From NCBI GenBank assembly GCA_046074525.1, contig JBJTOK010000030.1, positions 4,845 to 68,844 on the forward strand: a stretch of DNA of 64,000 bases, given 5' to 3'. Source of the DNA: Flavobacteriales bacterium (lineage in GTDB: Bacteria > Bacteroidota > Bacteroidia > Flavobacteriales_C > GCA-002722245). The notes under the pieces are model-generated. The model was not told the origin of the DNA and searched no databases. It saw only the letters and a program-made list of their open reading frames with translations. Position numbers and translations under genes: made by a program. Shown piece after piece: positions 39,562-50,214 of the stretch (position 1 is its first letter; each line of letters starts with the position of its first letter).

Positions 39562-41199
39562 TTATTTGTTCGCTTTGAAGAAAGCAATGAGTCCGTTGGT
39601 GGAACTGTCGTGACTGGTGATTTTATCTGCCGACTTCAATTCAGGTAAAATCTGGTTCGCCAGCTGTTTCCCCAATTCAACACCCCACTGATCGAAAGCA
39701 TTTACATTCCAGATAATACTTTGTACATAGATTTTGTGCTCGTACATTGCTACTAAACTGCCTAATGTAGCAGGAGTGAGTTTCTTGAAGAAAATAGTGT
39801 TGGTCGGACGGTTACCTGTGAATACTTTGTGCGGCAACAGGTCCTTAATATCTTTTTCATCCATTCCTGCTTTTACCAGTTCTGCTTTGGCTTCATCTGG
39901 CGTTTTTCCTTTCATCAGCGCTTCTGTTTGCGCGAAGAAATTCGACATTAATTTTTCGTGGTGGTCGCCAATAGGATTTTGTGATTGTACCGGAGCAAGG
40001 AAATCGCAAGGAATCAATTTAGTTCCCTGGTGAATCAATTGGTAGAAAGCGTGCTGACCATTGGTGCCAGGTTCTCCCCAGATGATCGGTCCGGTAGAAT
40101 AATCAATGATGTCGCCTACTTTCGTTACGCCTTTTCCGTTGCTCTCCATATCACCCTGCTGGAAATAAGCGGCAAAACGGTGCATGTATTGATCGTAAGG
40201 CAAAATAGCATGTGAATCGGCTTCAAAGAAATTGTTGTACCATACACCCAGCATCGCCAGGATTACCGGTACGTTTTTCTCGAAATCAGCAGTACGGAAA
40301 TGCTCGTCCATATCGTGCGCACCTTGCAGCAGTCCTTCAAAATTCTCAAATCCGATGTAAACGGCAATCGATAAGCCAATCGCCGACCACAGTGAATATC
40401 TTCCGCCAACCCAGTCCCAGAATTCAAACATATTGTTGGTATCGATACCAAAGGCGCTAACCGCTTTTGCATTCGTTGATAAAGCCACGAAATGCTTTGC
40501 GACCGCACTTTCATCTTTCGCTGTTTTCAAAAACCATGCTTTTGCTGTTTCAGCGTTGGTAAGGGTTTCCTGAGTGGTGAAAGTTTTTGAAGCAACGATA
40601 AACAAGGTGGTTTCAGGATTTACTTTTTTCAATGCTTCGGCGATGTGTGTGCCATCAACGTTGGATACAAAATGAATGTTTAATCCTTGCTGAGCGTACG
40701 GCTTTAAAGCCTCTGTCACCATGTACGGCCCCAAATCCGATCCGCCAATTCCAATGTTTACAATATCAGTGATGGATTTTCCGGTGTAGCCTTTCCAGTT
40801 GCCGGAACGTACCTTTTCACAAAAAGCTTTCATCTTCTGCAAAACAGCATTGATGCCTGGCATCACATCTTCGCCATCTACTAAAACCGGACGGTTGGAT
40901 CGGTTACGCAATGCAGTATGCAACACTGCTCTTTTTTCAGTGTTGTTGATTTTCTTGCCCGAGAACATGTCTTCAATTCCGCGTTTCAATCCAGCCTCTC
41001 TTGCCAGCTCCATCAGCAATTTGAAAGTATCGGCAGTGATCCGGTTTTTGGAATAATCAACCAGTATATCTTTGAACTGCGTGGAGAAATTTTCGAAGCG
41101 TTTTGCATCCTGCGTGAAATAATCGCGCAAATGATCATTTTTTACTTTGTTGTAATGCTCTTGTAATTGGCTCCAGACTGGAAGTTCAGTGTGTTTCAT
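39562..41199 (-). CDS. pgi: Glucose-6-phosphate isomerase
   Basis: [29 protein letters not shown] and [10 protein letters not shown] motifs. Confidence 0.98.
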   Translation of the reverse strand: MKHTELPVWSQLQEHYNKVKNDHLRDYFTQDAKRFENFSTQFKDILVDYSKNRITADTFKLLMELAREAGLKRGIEDMFSGKKINNTEKRAVLHTALRNRSNRPVLVDGEDVMPGINAVLQKMKAFCEKVRSGNWKGYTGKSITDIVNIGIGGSDLGPYMVTEALKPYAQQGLNIHFVSNVDGTHIAEALKKVNPETTLFIVASKTFTTQETLTNAETAKAWFLKTAKDESAVAKHFVALSTNAKAVSAFGIDTNNMFEFWDWVGGRYSLWSAIGLSIAVYIGFENFEGLLQGAHDMDEHFRTADFEKNVPVILAMLGVWYNNFFEADSHAILPYDQYMHRFAAYFQQGDMESNGKGVTKVGDIIDYSTGPIIWGEPGTNGQHAFYQLIHQGTKLIPCDFLAPVQSQNPIGDHHEKLMSNFFAQTEALMKGKTPDEAKAELVKAGMDEKDIKDLLPHKVFTGNRPTNTIFFKKLTPATLGSLVAMYEHKIYVQSIIWNVNAFDQWGVELGKQLANQILPELKSADKITSHDSSTNGLIAFFKANK

Positions 41200-41277
41200 A
41201 TATGTATTTTTTAAAAAACGGATTCAAAAAAATTACCCCCGACTGCAATAATATCATTTTTTACTTAATTTGTTTTT

Positions 41278-42114
41278 ATGGAAAGCACATTCTTACAAGC
41301 GATTGAAGGTAAACTCAATGTGAAAATTGGAAAGGCTATTCCCGTATCAGGAGGATCAATCAATGCTGCGTATTGCATCATTACAGACAAGGGAAAGTTT
41401 TTTGTAAAGTGTAATTCCGCTTCCCGCTATCCGGGAATGTTTGAAAAAGAGGCGGGGGGACTTCGTTTGCTGGCTTCCTCTGCTGCAATAGCATTGCCTG
41501 AAATAGTGTTGGAGGATGAATCGTTTTTGGTGTTGAAATGGGTAGAAGTGGGTCGGCGCAAAAGCAATTTTTATGAGATTTTCGGCCGACAACTTGCCGA
41601 AATGCACCGCTTTTCTAGTGCAAATTTCGGGTTGGATCATGATAATTATATTGGTTCATTGCAGCAAAAAAATGATTGGAAAAAATCGTGGACTGAGTTT
41701 TTTATTACCTGCCGCATCGAGCCCCTGCTGGAAAGTGCGAAGCAGCATCCATCGGGCATTCAAAAGAACTTGGCATCTCTTTACAAGCAATTGGATAATA
41801 TTTTTCCTGTTGAGAAGCCTGCCTTATTGCACGGTGATTTATGGAGTGGAAACTATATGGTCAACGAAACAGGGAATCCTTTGCTGATAGATCCTGCGGT
41901 GTATTTTGGACATCGCGAAATGGACATCGCTATGACCACTCTTTTCGGTCGCTGTGATGATGCTTTTTACCAAAGCTATCACAACGCTTATCCATTGCAC
42001 CCTGGTTGGGAAGAACGCATTGATATTTGTAACTTGTACCCTTTATTGGTTCATGTCAATTTATTCGGCCGCAGTTATTGGTCGGGAGTAGAAAATATAT
42101 TAAATCGATTTTAA
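41278..42114 (+). CDS. Fructosamine kinase family protein
   Basis: GGSIN, FFVK, LLHGDLWSGN and IDPAVYFGHREMD motifs. Confidence 0.93.
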   Translation: MESTFLQAIEGKLNVKIGKAIPVSGGSINAAYCIITDKGKFFVKCNSASRYPGMFEKEAGGLRLLASSAAIALPEIVLEDESFLVLKWVEVGRRKSNFYEIFGRQLAEMHRFSSANFGLDHDNYIGSLQQKNDWKKSWTEFFITCRIEPLLESAKQHPSGIQKNLASLYKQLDNIFPVEKPALLHGDLWSGNYMVNETGNPLLIDPAVYFGHREMDIAMTTLFGRCDDAFYQSYHNAYPLHPGWEERIDICNLYPLLVHVNLFGRSYWSGVENILNRF

Positions 42115-42765
42115 ATGTCACAGCAAGCAATAGATCCTAAAGAACTGGCTAAAAACCTGCGCAAACCCGAAGGTGATTTTGGTAAAAAAATTGGTGAATT
42201 CATGAATAAGGGAAATGCCTTTTCTTACGAAAAAATGAAAAAGCACTTGGCTTTGCAGGGAAAACCCAATTTGCTGGAAATTGGCTTTGGTAATGGCTTT
42301 ACTTCAAAGGAAATTATGCAGCAAAGCAATTATTCCGGATTAGATTATTCGGCCGATATGGTGCAGCAGGCTGAAATTCACTGTGCTGATGAAATCAAAA
42401 AAGGAGCGAAACTATTTTGTGGTGATATTCATCAAATGCCTTTTGCCGACGAGGTTTTCGATGTGGTTTTCACTATTAACACTACATATTTCTGGGATAA
42501 ACCTGAGCAGGCTTTGAGTGAGTTGAGAAGAGTGATTAAACCTGGTGGCAGATTGCTTATAGGCATGCGCACAAAAGAAGATATGGATACTTTGTCAGAG
42601 ATTACCCAAAATGGATTCATCATCCGTCCACTCCCGGTGGTAGAGGATTTGCTGAGGAAGGGTGGCTTCAAGAATGTTCAATATACGGTTTACTCCGATC
42701 CTGTGGCGGAAAGACCCGATGGGAAAGTAATTCAGCTGCACAGTGTGGTCTTTGAGGCGAGTTAG
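42115..42765 (+). CDS. Class I SAM-dependent methyltransferase
   Basis: LEIGFGNG, GLDYS and RVIKPGG motifs. Confidence 0.9.
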   Translation: MSQQAIDPKELAKNLRKPEGDFGKKIGEFMNKGNAFSYEKMKKHLALQGKPNLLEIGFGNGFTSKEIMQQSNYSGLDYSADMVQQAEIHCADEIKKGAKLFCGDIHQMPFADEVFDVVFTINTTYFWDKPEQALSELRRVIKPGGRLLIGMRTKEDMDTLSEITQNGFIIRPLPVVEDLLRKGGFKNVQYTVYSDPVAERPDGKVIQLHSVVFEAS

Positions 42766-42811
42766 ACATCACATCAATATTTTTCCTATATTCAATTTCT
42801 ATTTTTACACG

Positions 42812-43261
42812 ATGAGGTTGCTTGTCCCTATATTGCTGCTTATGCTGTTCATTGCTTCCTGCGCTGAACCCGAGGACTGTGAGCGCATCAATAAAACTTC
42901 CGATTGCCTTCCATACAACAACTGCAACATCCTGGAAAACTGGAAACTCAATAAAGTTGAAAAGCAATATACTTCTGCCCAGGATACTTTTACAAAGCCT
43001 TATTTAAAACAGGATTTGCTTTTGGTGTATGCCGATGGCTCCCTGCAATTGCGACTTGATAATATTTTGTCGCCTCTTGATAGATGGTCCTTTGCTTCCT
43101 GCCAGGAGTTGAAATTGTCTTCCTCCGCTTCCGATACTACTTTAACACTCCGAATCAATAAAATGGAGGCTGAGGCGATGCAATGGGAGTATACGTCAAC
43201 CGAAACAGATAGCATTGCGACATGGAAGGTGGTGAATACTTTCTATTATTCCCGACTCTGA
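42812..43261 (+). CDS. Hypothetical lipoprotein (lipocalin-like)
   Basis: Lipobox IASC; ILENWKL motif; likely ATG at 42812. Confidence 0.6.
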   Translation: MRLLVPILLLMLFIASCAEPEDCERINKTSDCLPYNNCNILENWKLNKVEKQYTSAQDTFTKPYLKQDLLLVYADGSLQLRLDNILSPLDRWSFASCQELKLSSSASDTTLTLRINKMEAEAMQWEYTSTETDSIATWKVVNTFYYSRL

Positions 43262-43325
43262 TTTTACCTTTTCCTGACGGATTCCCCGGATTATTTTCTC
43301 AATTTTACCTCGCTAAAATTTTATC

Positions 43326-44348
43326 ATGTCCCTGCAAAACGATCTCATCATCCGTGCCGCTAAAGGCGAAAAAGTAGAAAGAACTCCAGTTTGGCTCATG
43401 CGCCAGGCCGGTCGTATCCTCAAAGAATACCGCGATGTACGCGAAAAACTCTCCGGCTTCAAGGAGCTGGTGGAAACTCCCGAACTCGCAGCCGAAGTAA
43501 CTATCCAGCCGGTTGATATCCTTGGTGTGGATGCCGCCATTATTTTCTCGGATATCCTGGTGATTCCCGAAGCTATGGGATTGACTTACCAGATGCTGGA
43601 AAATAAGGGGCCGTGGTTCGAAAAAACCATTAAAACACAAGCAGATATTGATCGCCTTATCGTTCCCAACCCTTACGAGAAATTGAGCTATACGCTGGAT
43701 GCCATCAAAATCACGAAAAAGGAATTGGCCGGACGAGTGCCGGTGATTGGCTTTGCCGGTGCGCCCTGGACGATCTTCTCTTACATGATAGAGGGCAGTG
43801 GCAGCAAAACTTTCTCGAAATCGAAAAAGATGCTGTATACCAATCCAGCATTATCACATAGTTTACTCGATAAAATCACGCAATCCACTATTCTTTATCT
43901 CAAGGCACAAATTGCTTCGGGAGCGGATATGGTGCAGGTTTTTGATAGCTGGGCGGGTATCTTGTCGCCAGAACAATACCGTGAATTTTCACTGCGCTAT
44001 ATTTCCCAAATCTGTGATGCGATTACCGAAGTGCCTGTGACCGTTTTTGCCAAAGGCGCTTTTTTCGCCAGGGAAGAAATGAGCCAGCTGAAATGCAATA
44101 CTATTGGTCTCGACTGGAATATGGACATTGCTGAATCGCGCAAATTGATTGGTCCGGATAAAACTTTGCAAGGTAATATGGATCCTTGCGCTTTGTATGG
44201 TTCGTTTGATGATATCAAAAAACAAACACGCGTTATGCTTGATCAGTTCAAGGGTTCCCGTCATATTGCTAACCTGGGCCATGGTTTATATCCTGATACA
44301 AATCCTGATGCGGTGAGATGTTTTATTGATACGGTGAAAGAGTATTGA
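43326..44348 (+). CDS. hemE: Uroporphyrinogen decarboxylase
   Basis: [25 protein letters not shown] and NLGHG motifs. Confidence 0.98.
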   Translation: MSLQNDLIIRAAKGEKVERTPVWLMRQAGRILKEYRDVREKLSGFKELVETPELAAEVTIQPVDILGVDAAIIFSDILVIPEAMGLTYQMLENKGPWFEKTIKTQADIDRLIVPNPYEKLSYTLDAIKITKKELAGRVPVIGFAGAPWTIFSYMIEGSGSKTFSKSKKMLYTNPALSHSLLDKITQSTILYLKAQIASGADMVQVFDSWAGILSPEQYREFSLRYISQICDAITEVPVTVFAKGAFFAREEMSQLKCNTIGLDWNMDIAESRKLIGPDKTLQGNMDPCALYGSFDDIKKQTRVMLDQFKGSRHIANLGHGLYPDTNPDAVRCFIDTVKEY

Positions 44349-44381
44349 GGATTTATTTGAAGTGATGTTAGACTTCAATAT

Positions 44382-44912
44382 TTGAAAACAAATCAGGCAT
44401 ATCAATTACTAGGACTTTCGCCCGGCAGTGATCTTGCGGCTGTTAAGAAAGCCTACCGCAAAAAAGCGAAAGAAAACCATCCCGATGTCAACAAGCATCC
44501 CGATGCGCAAGTTCGCTTTGTGGAGATCAATGAAGCCTACGAATTTTTAGTGAAGCAGCTTACCGGCGCGCCTTTTACTACGTATAAAATCCCGAAGCAT
44601 CGTCAACCAAAGCCATCAAAAGCATGGACGCCCCAGGATCGCCGTCGCGCAGGAAGAAGAGCTACTCAGTATTCGGCTTATCATTATGAAAGATTTGAAG
44701 AGGCTCTTTATGACAATGCTTTAGAGAGGATTTTTAATAAATACCGCAAAGTGGCAGAGCTTTTCATCATTATATCCGTGATAGGTTTTTATGTAGGCAC
44801 TTTGGTGATACCGGTCGTTCAAATCGGAATAGGAGGCATCTTCGTCTGGGTGGGCATTATGGTGGTTACCGCTCCTTTTCACAGAACTTTGTATCAGTAT
44901 TTCAAAAAATAA
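44382..44912 (+). CDS. DnaJ-domain membrane protein (TTG start)
   Basis: VKKAYRK..HPD..F.EINEAYE J-domain; two C-terminal TM helices. Confidence 0.85.
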   Translation: MKTNQAYQLLGLSPGSDLAAVKKAYRKKAKENHPDVNKHPDAQVRFVEINEAYEFLVKQLTGAPFTTYKIPKHRQPKPSKAWTPQDRRRAGRRATQYSAYHYERFEEALYDNALERIFNKYRKVAELFIIISVIGFYVGTLVIPVVQIGIGGIFVWVGIMVVTAPFHRTLYQYFKK

Positions 44913-44954
44913 TGTTTTTTCCTTTTCCTATATTTATCCACTTATTTACTTAAA

Positions 44955-45548
44955 ATGACAGCAAGTTCACTCCATTCCGCACTGGCATTAATTGATGAAG
45001 AAAATGCCAAAGATCCCAATCACGAATTTTCTGAAGGAAAAAATCATCCGAAGGAATTATTGTATTCGGAAAGAATGCACCGCAAACTGCTGGAGTTTTA
45101 TCCTTTGGCACCTGAAACATTGATCATCGCTGCAAGAGCGCAGCATATCTGTCGATGGAAAATGCCGAGGGAGTCGTATCCGATGACACGTGTGGGCTAT
45201 TTGCAATGGAGAGAAAAACTAAAAAAAAATCATGCAGAAACAACGGCAGGTATCCTCGCAAAAGTGGGCTATGATGAAACGTTTATCCACCGTGTTTCTT
45301 TCCTCATAGAAAAGAAAGCCCTCAAGAAGGATTCCGAAACCCAAGTGCTGGAAGATGTGGTGTGCCTGGTTTTCCTGGAGCATTATTTGCAGCCCTTTGT
45401 AGAAAAGCATGCTGCTGATAAAGAGAAGCTCAAAAACATCATCGTGAAAACCTGGAACAAAATGTCGGACAATGGCCACAGCGAAGCATTGAAGATTGCC
45501 TATGTTCCTGCTACTCTGGAGTTGATCAAGGAAGCCTTATGCCTCTAG
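44955..45548 (+). CDS. DUF4202 family protein
   Basis: DPN, ELLYSERM, ARAQHI.RW..PR..YP..R.GY..WR and LEDVVCLVFL motifs. Confidence 0.85.
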   Translation: MTASSLHSALALIDEENAKDPNHEFSEGKNHPKELLYSERMHRKLLEFYPLAPETLIIAARAQHICRWKMPRESYPMTRVGYLQWREKLKKNHAETTAGILAKVGYDETFIHRVSFLIEKKALKKDSETQVLEDVVCLVFLEHYLQPFVEKHAADKEKLKNIIVKTWNKMSDNGHSEALKIAYVPATLELIKEALCL

Positions 45549-45562
45549 TCTTTCAGGAATTT

Positions 45563-47812
45563 CTATTGCTTCATTACCTTCTGCTGCAAAACTTCCCCGT
45601 CAATGGTCATCTGCAACAAGTAAGCGCCATTGGACAAGCTTTCTGTCGACAAAACGAATTGTGTATCACCGGCAGAGATTTGTTGCGTGAGCACTTCCTG
45701 TCCGAGAATATCATACACAGTCATTTTTGCGCTACTGAAATTCGCAGGCAATACAATGGTTAACGCAGTGCTAAACGGATTGGGATACACATTTACATTT
45801 TGTGTGTTTTCTTTCTTGCCTGTTGCACCTCCACAAATATTTACAGTATTCTCAACACAGTAATCCACATTGGTTTGATCGGCATTTTGCGGAGTGAGAT
45901 CTACCTGATGAACAGCAGTTTTTCCTATACCGGGAAGATCCAGATTTACCTTGTAATTGCCCATCGGCAGGTTGTTGAACTGATAGAAGCCATTGGCGTC
46001 GGTTTTCACCATTTTCACCGATGCAGAAGGTGGAATTTTATCGAGGATGATATCGAGTCCGGGAATAGGGTCATTGGTTTTAAAACTTCCGTCGGAATAA
46101 ACATAGCCACTGATAGAGCCTGTATCGCTGCTTATTTTTTCCATCCGGATTACATCGATATCAACAGTGGTATATTTTCCTGAATCGGGTTGAAAAAATA
46201 TCGCTTTCTCCCAATCCATAACTGTTCCGTTGTAAGTAGGAATAAGGTCAGGATACACAGTTTCAGAAGGAATCACTTTCAAAATGTAATTTCTCTGAAC
46301 GAAATTTTCTATTTGGTAGTGGCCGTAGATGTCGATTTCCTGTTCATCAACAATATCAAATATTTTATTGTTGGAAACATCGGCATACAGAATCACCTTC
46401 CCGGCTTTTACGGTATCTTTTCCACAGAAAATGGTTCCTTTAAGAAAGGCTACTGGATTTCCTTTGTACACATATTCATCGGCACCGTAATAAGGTTGTT
46501 TGTCGCGCAGCTCCTTGTCGCAGTCCTCAGGATAAGAGTTATTGTCGTTGAACGAACTGATCAAGGTGTCTTGCGCTGATGCAAGGCGCAGAGTGGTCAT
46601 GTCATCATCAATGAACGAAATTTTGTCCACTTCAACGCCACTTTTGTCATAACCTCTTTCCTTCCAGTCGCTGAAGGAAAATACCTCAAGGTTCGGACAA
46701 AAGGTGTTTTGTGACGAAAAGTATGCATTGTTATCGATGATAATGTCCTGGTTGGAATATACAGAATAATAAGGGTTTTGTTGACTGATACAAAGGTTAT
46801 TTCGGATGTCTAAAGCACTGTCACTGCTTAATGAGATTAACTGATTGCCTTCTGCATATTCGGTGGAAAGGAAGGAGTTGTGGTACACATATGCACCTTT
46901 TGTTCCCATAAGGTTGAGCGCATTGCCTTTCGCCACCACGCGGTTGTTGTAAATTTTGATGTTGTTGCTTTTTCCATCTGTACTCATGCAGTAACCAAGG
47001 TCGATATTTCCTTTGTTGCTGTAGTTATTGTGAATTTTAATGCTTTTGCTGGCCAGCACCTGGTAAAGGGAAATGGCGTAATACTGTTCATTGCTATAAA
47101 TAGCGTTATTGTATATATCCATGTTGTCCGCCATGTAAGCATTGATACTGGAGTAATTGGCATTTTTAAAAGTATTGTTGCTGATGGTGATATTGGCATC
47201 GTAGTGACCCATATAATCTCCGCAAATATTAATGGCCATGTATCCTCCGTAAAAGGTGTTTTTATCGAAGCGTATGTTGTCATTGTATCCTTCGGAATTG
47301 GTTCCTGCGATGCAGGTATTCCCTTCTCCCTGCGCTATAATGATCGGTTTAACAATTGGCGCAACGAATTTGTTGCCGATGAATTGAATCATTGCCGATT
47401 TGCGGAGACAAACCTGCTGATAATATTGTTGTCCGGTAGTAACAAAAGAAAGATTTTGAATGGTGATACCGAAAGTTGAATCGAGTTTTACAAGATAATT
47501 GTCGGCACTGCCATCAGCGGTGTACTGAATCACCACATCATTATTGTTGCCGCTTTCTGATTCAAGGGTAATAACATCCGAAAAAGAAGCTCTTTTAATG
47601 TCCCTGATTACAAAATTTTCCGGATAGAATCCTGAACGTACTTTCAGGGTTACGCTACCGCCAACGCCTTTTTCATACAGGGAATCAAAAGCTTCGCGGA
47701 TAGATTTAAAATCAGAGTCTTTTCCGCCGATGTAATAAGTTCCGGCGGGATAAACGGCGTATGCAGATACACAGAATACTGTGAGGATGAGGAGTAGTGA
47801 TATTTTTTTCAT
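45563..47812 (-). CDS. T9SS type-A-sorted protein with a right-handed beta-helix and Ig-like domains
   Basis: Signal peptide; Asn-rich I.NN repeats; C-terminal VYPNPF...YDILGQ...LSNGAYLL. Confidence 0.88.
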   Translation of the reverse strand: MKKISLLLILTVFCVSAYAVYPAGTYYIGGKDSDFKSIREAFDSLYEKGVGGSVTLKVRSGFYPENFVIRDIKRASFSDVITLESESGNNNDVVIQYTADGSADNYLVKLDSTFGITIQNLSFVTTGQQYYQQVCLRKSAMIQFIGNKFVAPIVKPIIIAQGEGNTCIAGTNSEGYNDNIRFDKNTFYGGYMAINICGDYMGHYDANITISNNTFKNANYSSINAYMADNMDIYNNAIYSNEQYYAISLYQVLASKSIKIHNNYSNKGNIDLGYCMSTDGKSNNIKIYNNRVVAKGNALNLMGTKGAYVYHNSFLSTEYAEGNQLISLSSDSALDIRNNLCISQQNPYYSVYSNQDIIIDNNAYFSSQNTFCPNLEVFSFSDWKERGYDKSGVEVDKISFIDDDMTTLRLASAQDTLISSFNDNNSYPEDCDKELRDKQPYYGADEYVYKGNPVAFLKGTIFCGKDTVKAGKVILYADVSNNKIFDIVDEQEIDIYGHYQIENFVQRNYILKVIPSETVYPDLIPTYNGTVMDWEKAIFFQPDSGKYTTVDIDVIRMEKISSDTGSISGYVYSDGSFKTNDPIPGLDIILDKIPPSASVKMVKTDANGFYQFNNLPMGNYKVNLDLPGIGKTAVHQVDLTPQNADQTNVDYCVENTVNICGGATGKKENTQNVNVYPNPFSTALTIVLPANFSSAKMTVYDILGQEVLTQQISAGDTQFVLSTESLSNGAYLLQMTIDGEVLQQKVMKQ

Positions 47813-47946
47813 TTTGGTGCCTTAGAAAGTTGCGTAAAGGTATGAAAAACAGGCGTTGACACAAAAAAATAATGAATCGATGAATCGGGAAATAAGTTCA
47901 GGATCTATTGGGCAATTATTATATCTTTAAATCCAAATCTTACTTC

Positions 47947-49404
47947 ATGAATAATCCCGTTGTTCCTTTATTGCAAGCACAGGAACTAGACTTAAAATCC
48001 GTTGCTCTACAAAAGAATGCCTCTCTGTTCACACTGTATTATTCTATTGGAACCAATCTCTCTGCTCAGGAGAAAGTGGAAGAAACAAAAGCTACAGTCG
48101 CTCAGAGAGCTGCTTTAAAAGAACAAAGTGATACTACTGCTCAGGTTGCTGATGACCTTCTTGCTATTGCAATATCTGCGAAGCAGTATCAACAGCAGTT
48201 GGCGACGGACATGGCGGCCTATATGGATAAAATGCAAAGCGCCACTTCTGCAATGATCGAACTAGCGGGTGAAATAGGTAGTTTGCGTTCAATTATGACC
48301 GCTGCCGATTACGGTGAGTTGAGTGAGCAAGGCAATGAAGTTGGCGAAGTAATCAATACTGCAGCATATAAAGCAGAGGAGCTTTTAAAAATGTCAATGG
48401 ATGCTCATGTTTCCGCAGCGCAGCTCAGTACTTCTGTTATTTTGGATTCAGCAAAAAGCATTCATTCATCAGCAAGAAATATTCAGCAAAAAGCTGCGCA
48501 GGAGTTTGAAGAAGCCACACAAATGCTGTTTGCGAATGAAGCACGAATTTTACAGAGCCGTGAAGCAGAAAGGAAATCGGAAAATAATTTTAAGATCCTG
48601 AATGCTATTTACAAAAGCTCAAAGGAGGCTTATTTCCTTGCCAATAAAAGATTCAATGTTAATTTGGAAGTGCAGGTAGCGTCCGCAGAAAGTTTCGGTG
48701 TTTCTTTCTCAGCTTTTTCGGTCCCTGTAGAAAATTATTATTTGTTACTGGTTAAGGAGGTCAGGAAAAGCACATTTTCTCTTGATGTTGCGGAAGGACT
48801 GTTGCAACAAAATCATCCTTGCGTGCTCACAGTTCCCGGAACAAAGAAGAAAAACTTGTTGCTTGATATTAAAAATCTCGCCGGCTTGAAAGACAGTGAT
48901 GGCGATGACATCACGCAGGGCATTAGTTATGTTGTGTTTGTGCTGGTTCAGCCCAGGGCAGACTATCAGAAAAAGATCAGCGATTTCAGTATGTTGCTTT
49001 CGGCGCCATCCCCTGTTTTTGAATTGCTTCATGTGTTGCCGAAGGCTCTGTTTAAAAAACAGGAAATCAGCAAAGGCATACAGGGAAAAATCATACAGTT
49101 CAAGGTTGAAAATTCGGCGTTCGGCATGCAGCACCGTTGTATTTTTTTGCCTCTGAAAAATGAAGTTCTGCAAAGAGTATTCAATAGGGATTTGGCCATG
49201 CAAGTGCCGTCGTATGTTGATGCAAGGAAAACTGCTGCGACATGGGAAGTTAGCGTCACTGATGATACCAGCGATTGTTTTGGGGATTTGTTGCAATCGG
49301 GACAGCAATATTATCCTCTCATTTTTTCTTATGTGGATGCTTCGGAGGCTTGTATGAGCGCATTGTCCGATTACGCTTCTGTTCCGGTTTATACTCATCA
49401 ATAA
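47947..49404 (+). CDS. Hypothetical protein: Ala-rich helical N-terminal half plus two beta-rich repeats
   Basis: Long ORF with no signal peptide; likely ATG at 47947. Confidence 0.7.
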   Translation: MNNPVVPLLQAQELDLKSVALQKNASLFTLYYSIGTNLSAQEKVEETKATVAQRAALKEQSDTTAQVADDLLAIAISAKQYQQQLATDMAAYMDKMQSATSAMIELAGEIGSLRSIMTAADYGELSEQGNEVGEVINTAAYKAEELLKMSMDAHVSAAQLSTSVILDSAKSIHSSARNIQQKAAQEFEEATQMLFANEARILQSREAERKSENNFKILNAIYKSSKEAYFLANKRFNVNLEVQVASAESFGVSFSAFSVPVENYYLLLVKEVRKSTFSLDVAEGLLQQNHPCVLTVPGTKKKNLLLDIKNLAGLKDSDGDDITQGISYVVFVLVQPRADYQKKISDFSMLLSAPSPVFELLHVLPKALFKKQEISKGIQGKIIQFKVENSAFGMQHRCIFLPLKNEVLQRVFNRDLAMQVPSYVDARKTAATWEVSVTDDTSDCFGDLLQSGQQYYPLIFSYVDASEACMSALSDYASVPVYTHQ

Positions 49405-49410
49405 TGTGCC

Positions 49411-50145
49411 ATGAAAGATATAGAAAAAGAAATCCAGGATATGACTGCAGCTTCTGCAAAAGCGCAAAAGAAAGTGGAACAACAGCAAGAAGTTGTCAAT
49501 ACTCTTAGCCAAAAACTAAACGATACAGGTAGTCGGCTTGCAGTGGCCGATGCCAATAAAGAGAGCGCTTTAAGCACTAAAAACAGTGCAGATCAATTGC
49601 TGTTGGGAGTGGTTACTCTTAAGCAGAATATTCAGTTGTTTTCTACTGCTCTGCCCTTGCTGGCAAAACAAACAGATTACCTGCAATCAAAAATGAAAGC
49701 GTTGTTTGATCAGCTGCAGTATTCCTTTGGATTGCTGGTTAAACTTGTCAATGTGGTTTTACGAAAGAAAGCACAGAATCCTTTGATTTCCGACGAGTTG
49801 GTGGTTATAGCAGGCAAAGCTGTCAATAACGCCAATAATGTTTTGGCATTGATGATGGAAGCAATGCATTCTCTTGCGGCAGTGCATCCTGTAAATATGA
49901 ATCTGCAGGCTATTGCTGCAGAAGGGAAAGCTCAAAGCTTTACTTTTTTATCTGCAAATGAAGTCTTAGTGGATTTATCGGCTGCTGCTTATGACGATGC
50001 TCAAGAGGCATACACCAAAGCAAGTCAAACAAACGCAATAGTAAAAAAGAAGGTGAATGTTGAAACAATGGTGCTGAATAATGAACAAGCGAATTTGCAA
50101 TCGTTGCAGGCAGGATTGGCTGCGATGATGAGTGCGGTGAAATAA
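49411..50145 (+). CDS. Hypothetical Ala-rich coiled-coil protein
   Basis: Heptad-like helical sequence; starts 6 nt after the previous gene. Confidence 0.7.
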   Translation: MKDIEKEIQDMTAASAKAQKKVEQQQEVVNTLSQKLNDTGSRLAVADANKESALSTKNSADQLLLGVVTLKQNIQLFSTALPLLAKQTDYLQSKMKALFDQLQYSFGLLVKLVNVVLRKKAQNPLISDELVVIAGKAVNNANNVLALMMEAMHSLAAVHPVNMNLQAIAAEGKAQSFTFLSANEVLVDLSAAAYDDAQEAYTKASQTNAIVKKKVNVETMVLNNEQANLQSLQAGLAAMMSAVK

Positions 50146-50214
50146 CTTGTGTATTTCCATACCTTATTCGTTTGTTTTCATTCTTCCAGATATTTTTTCA
50201 GAACTTAGCAGCCA

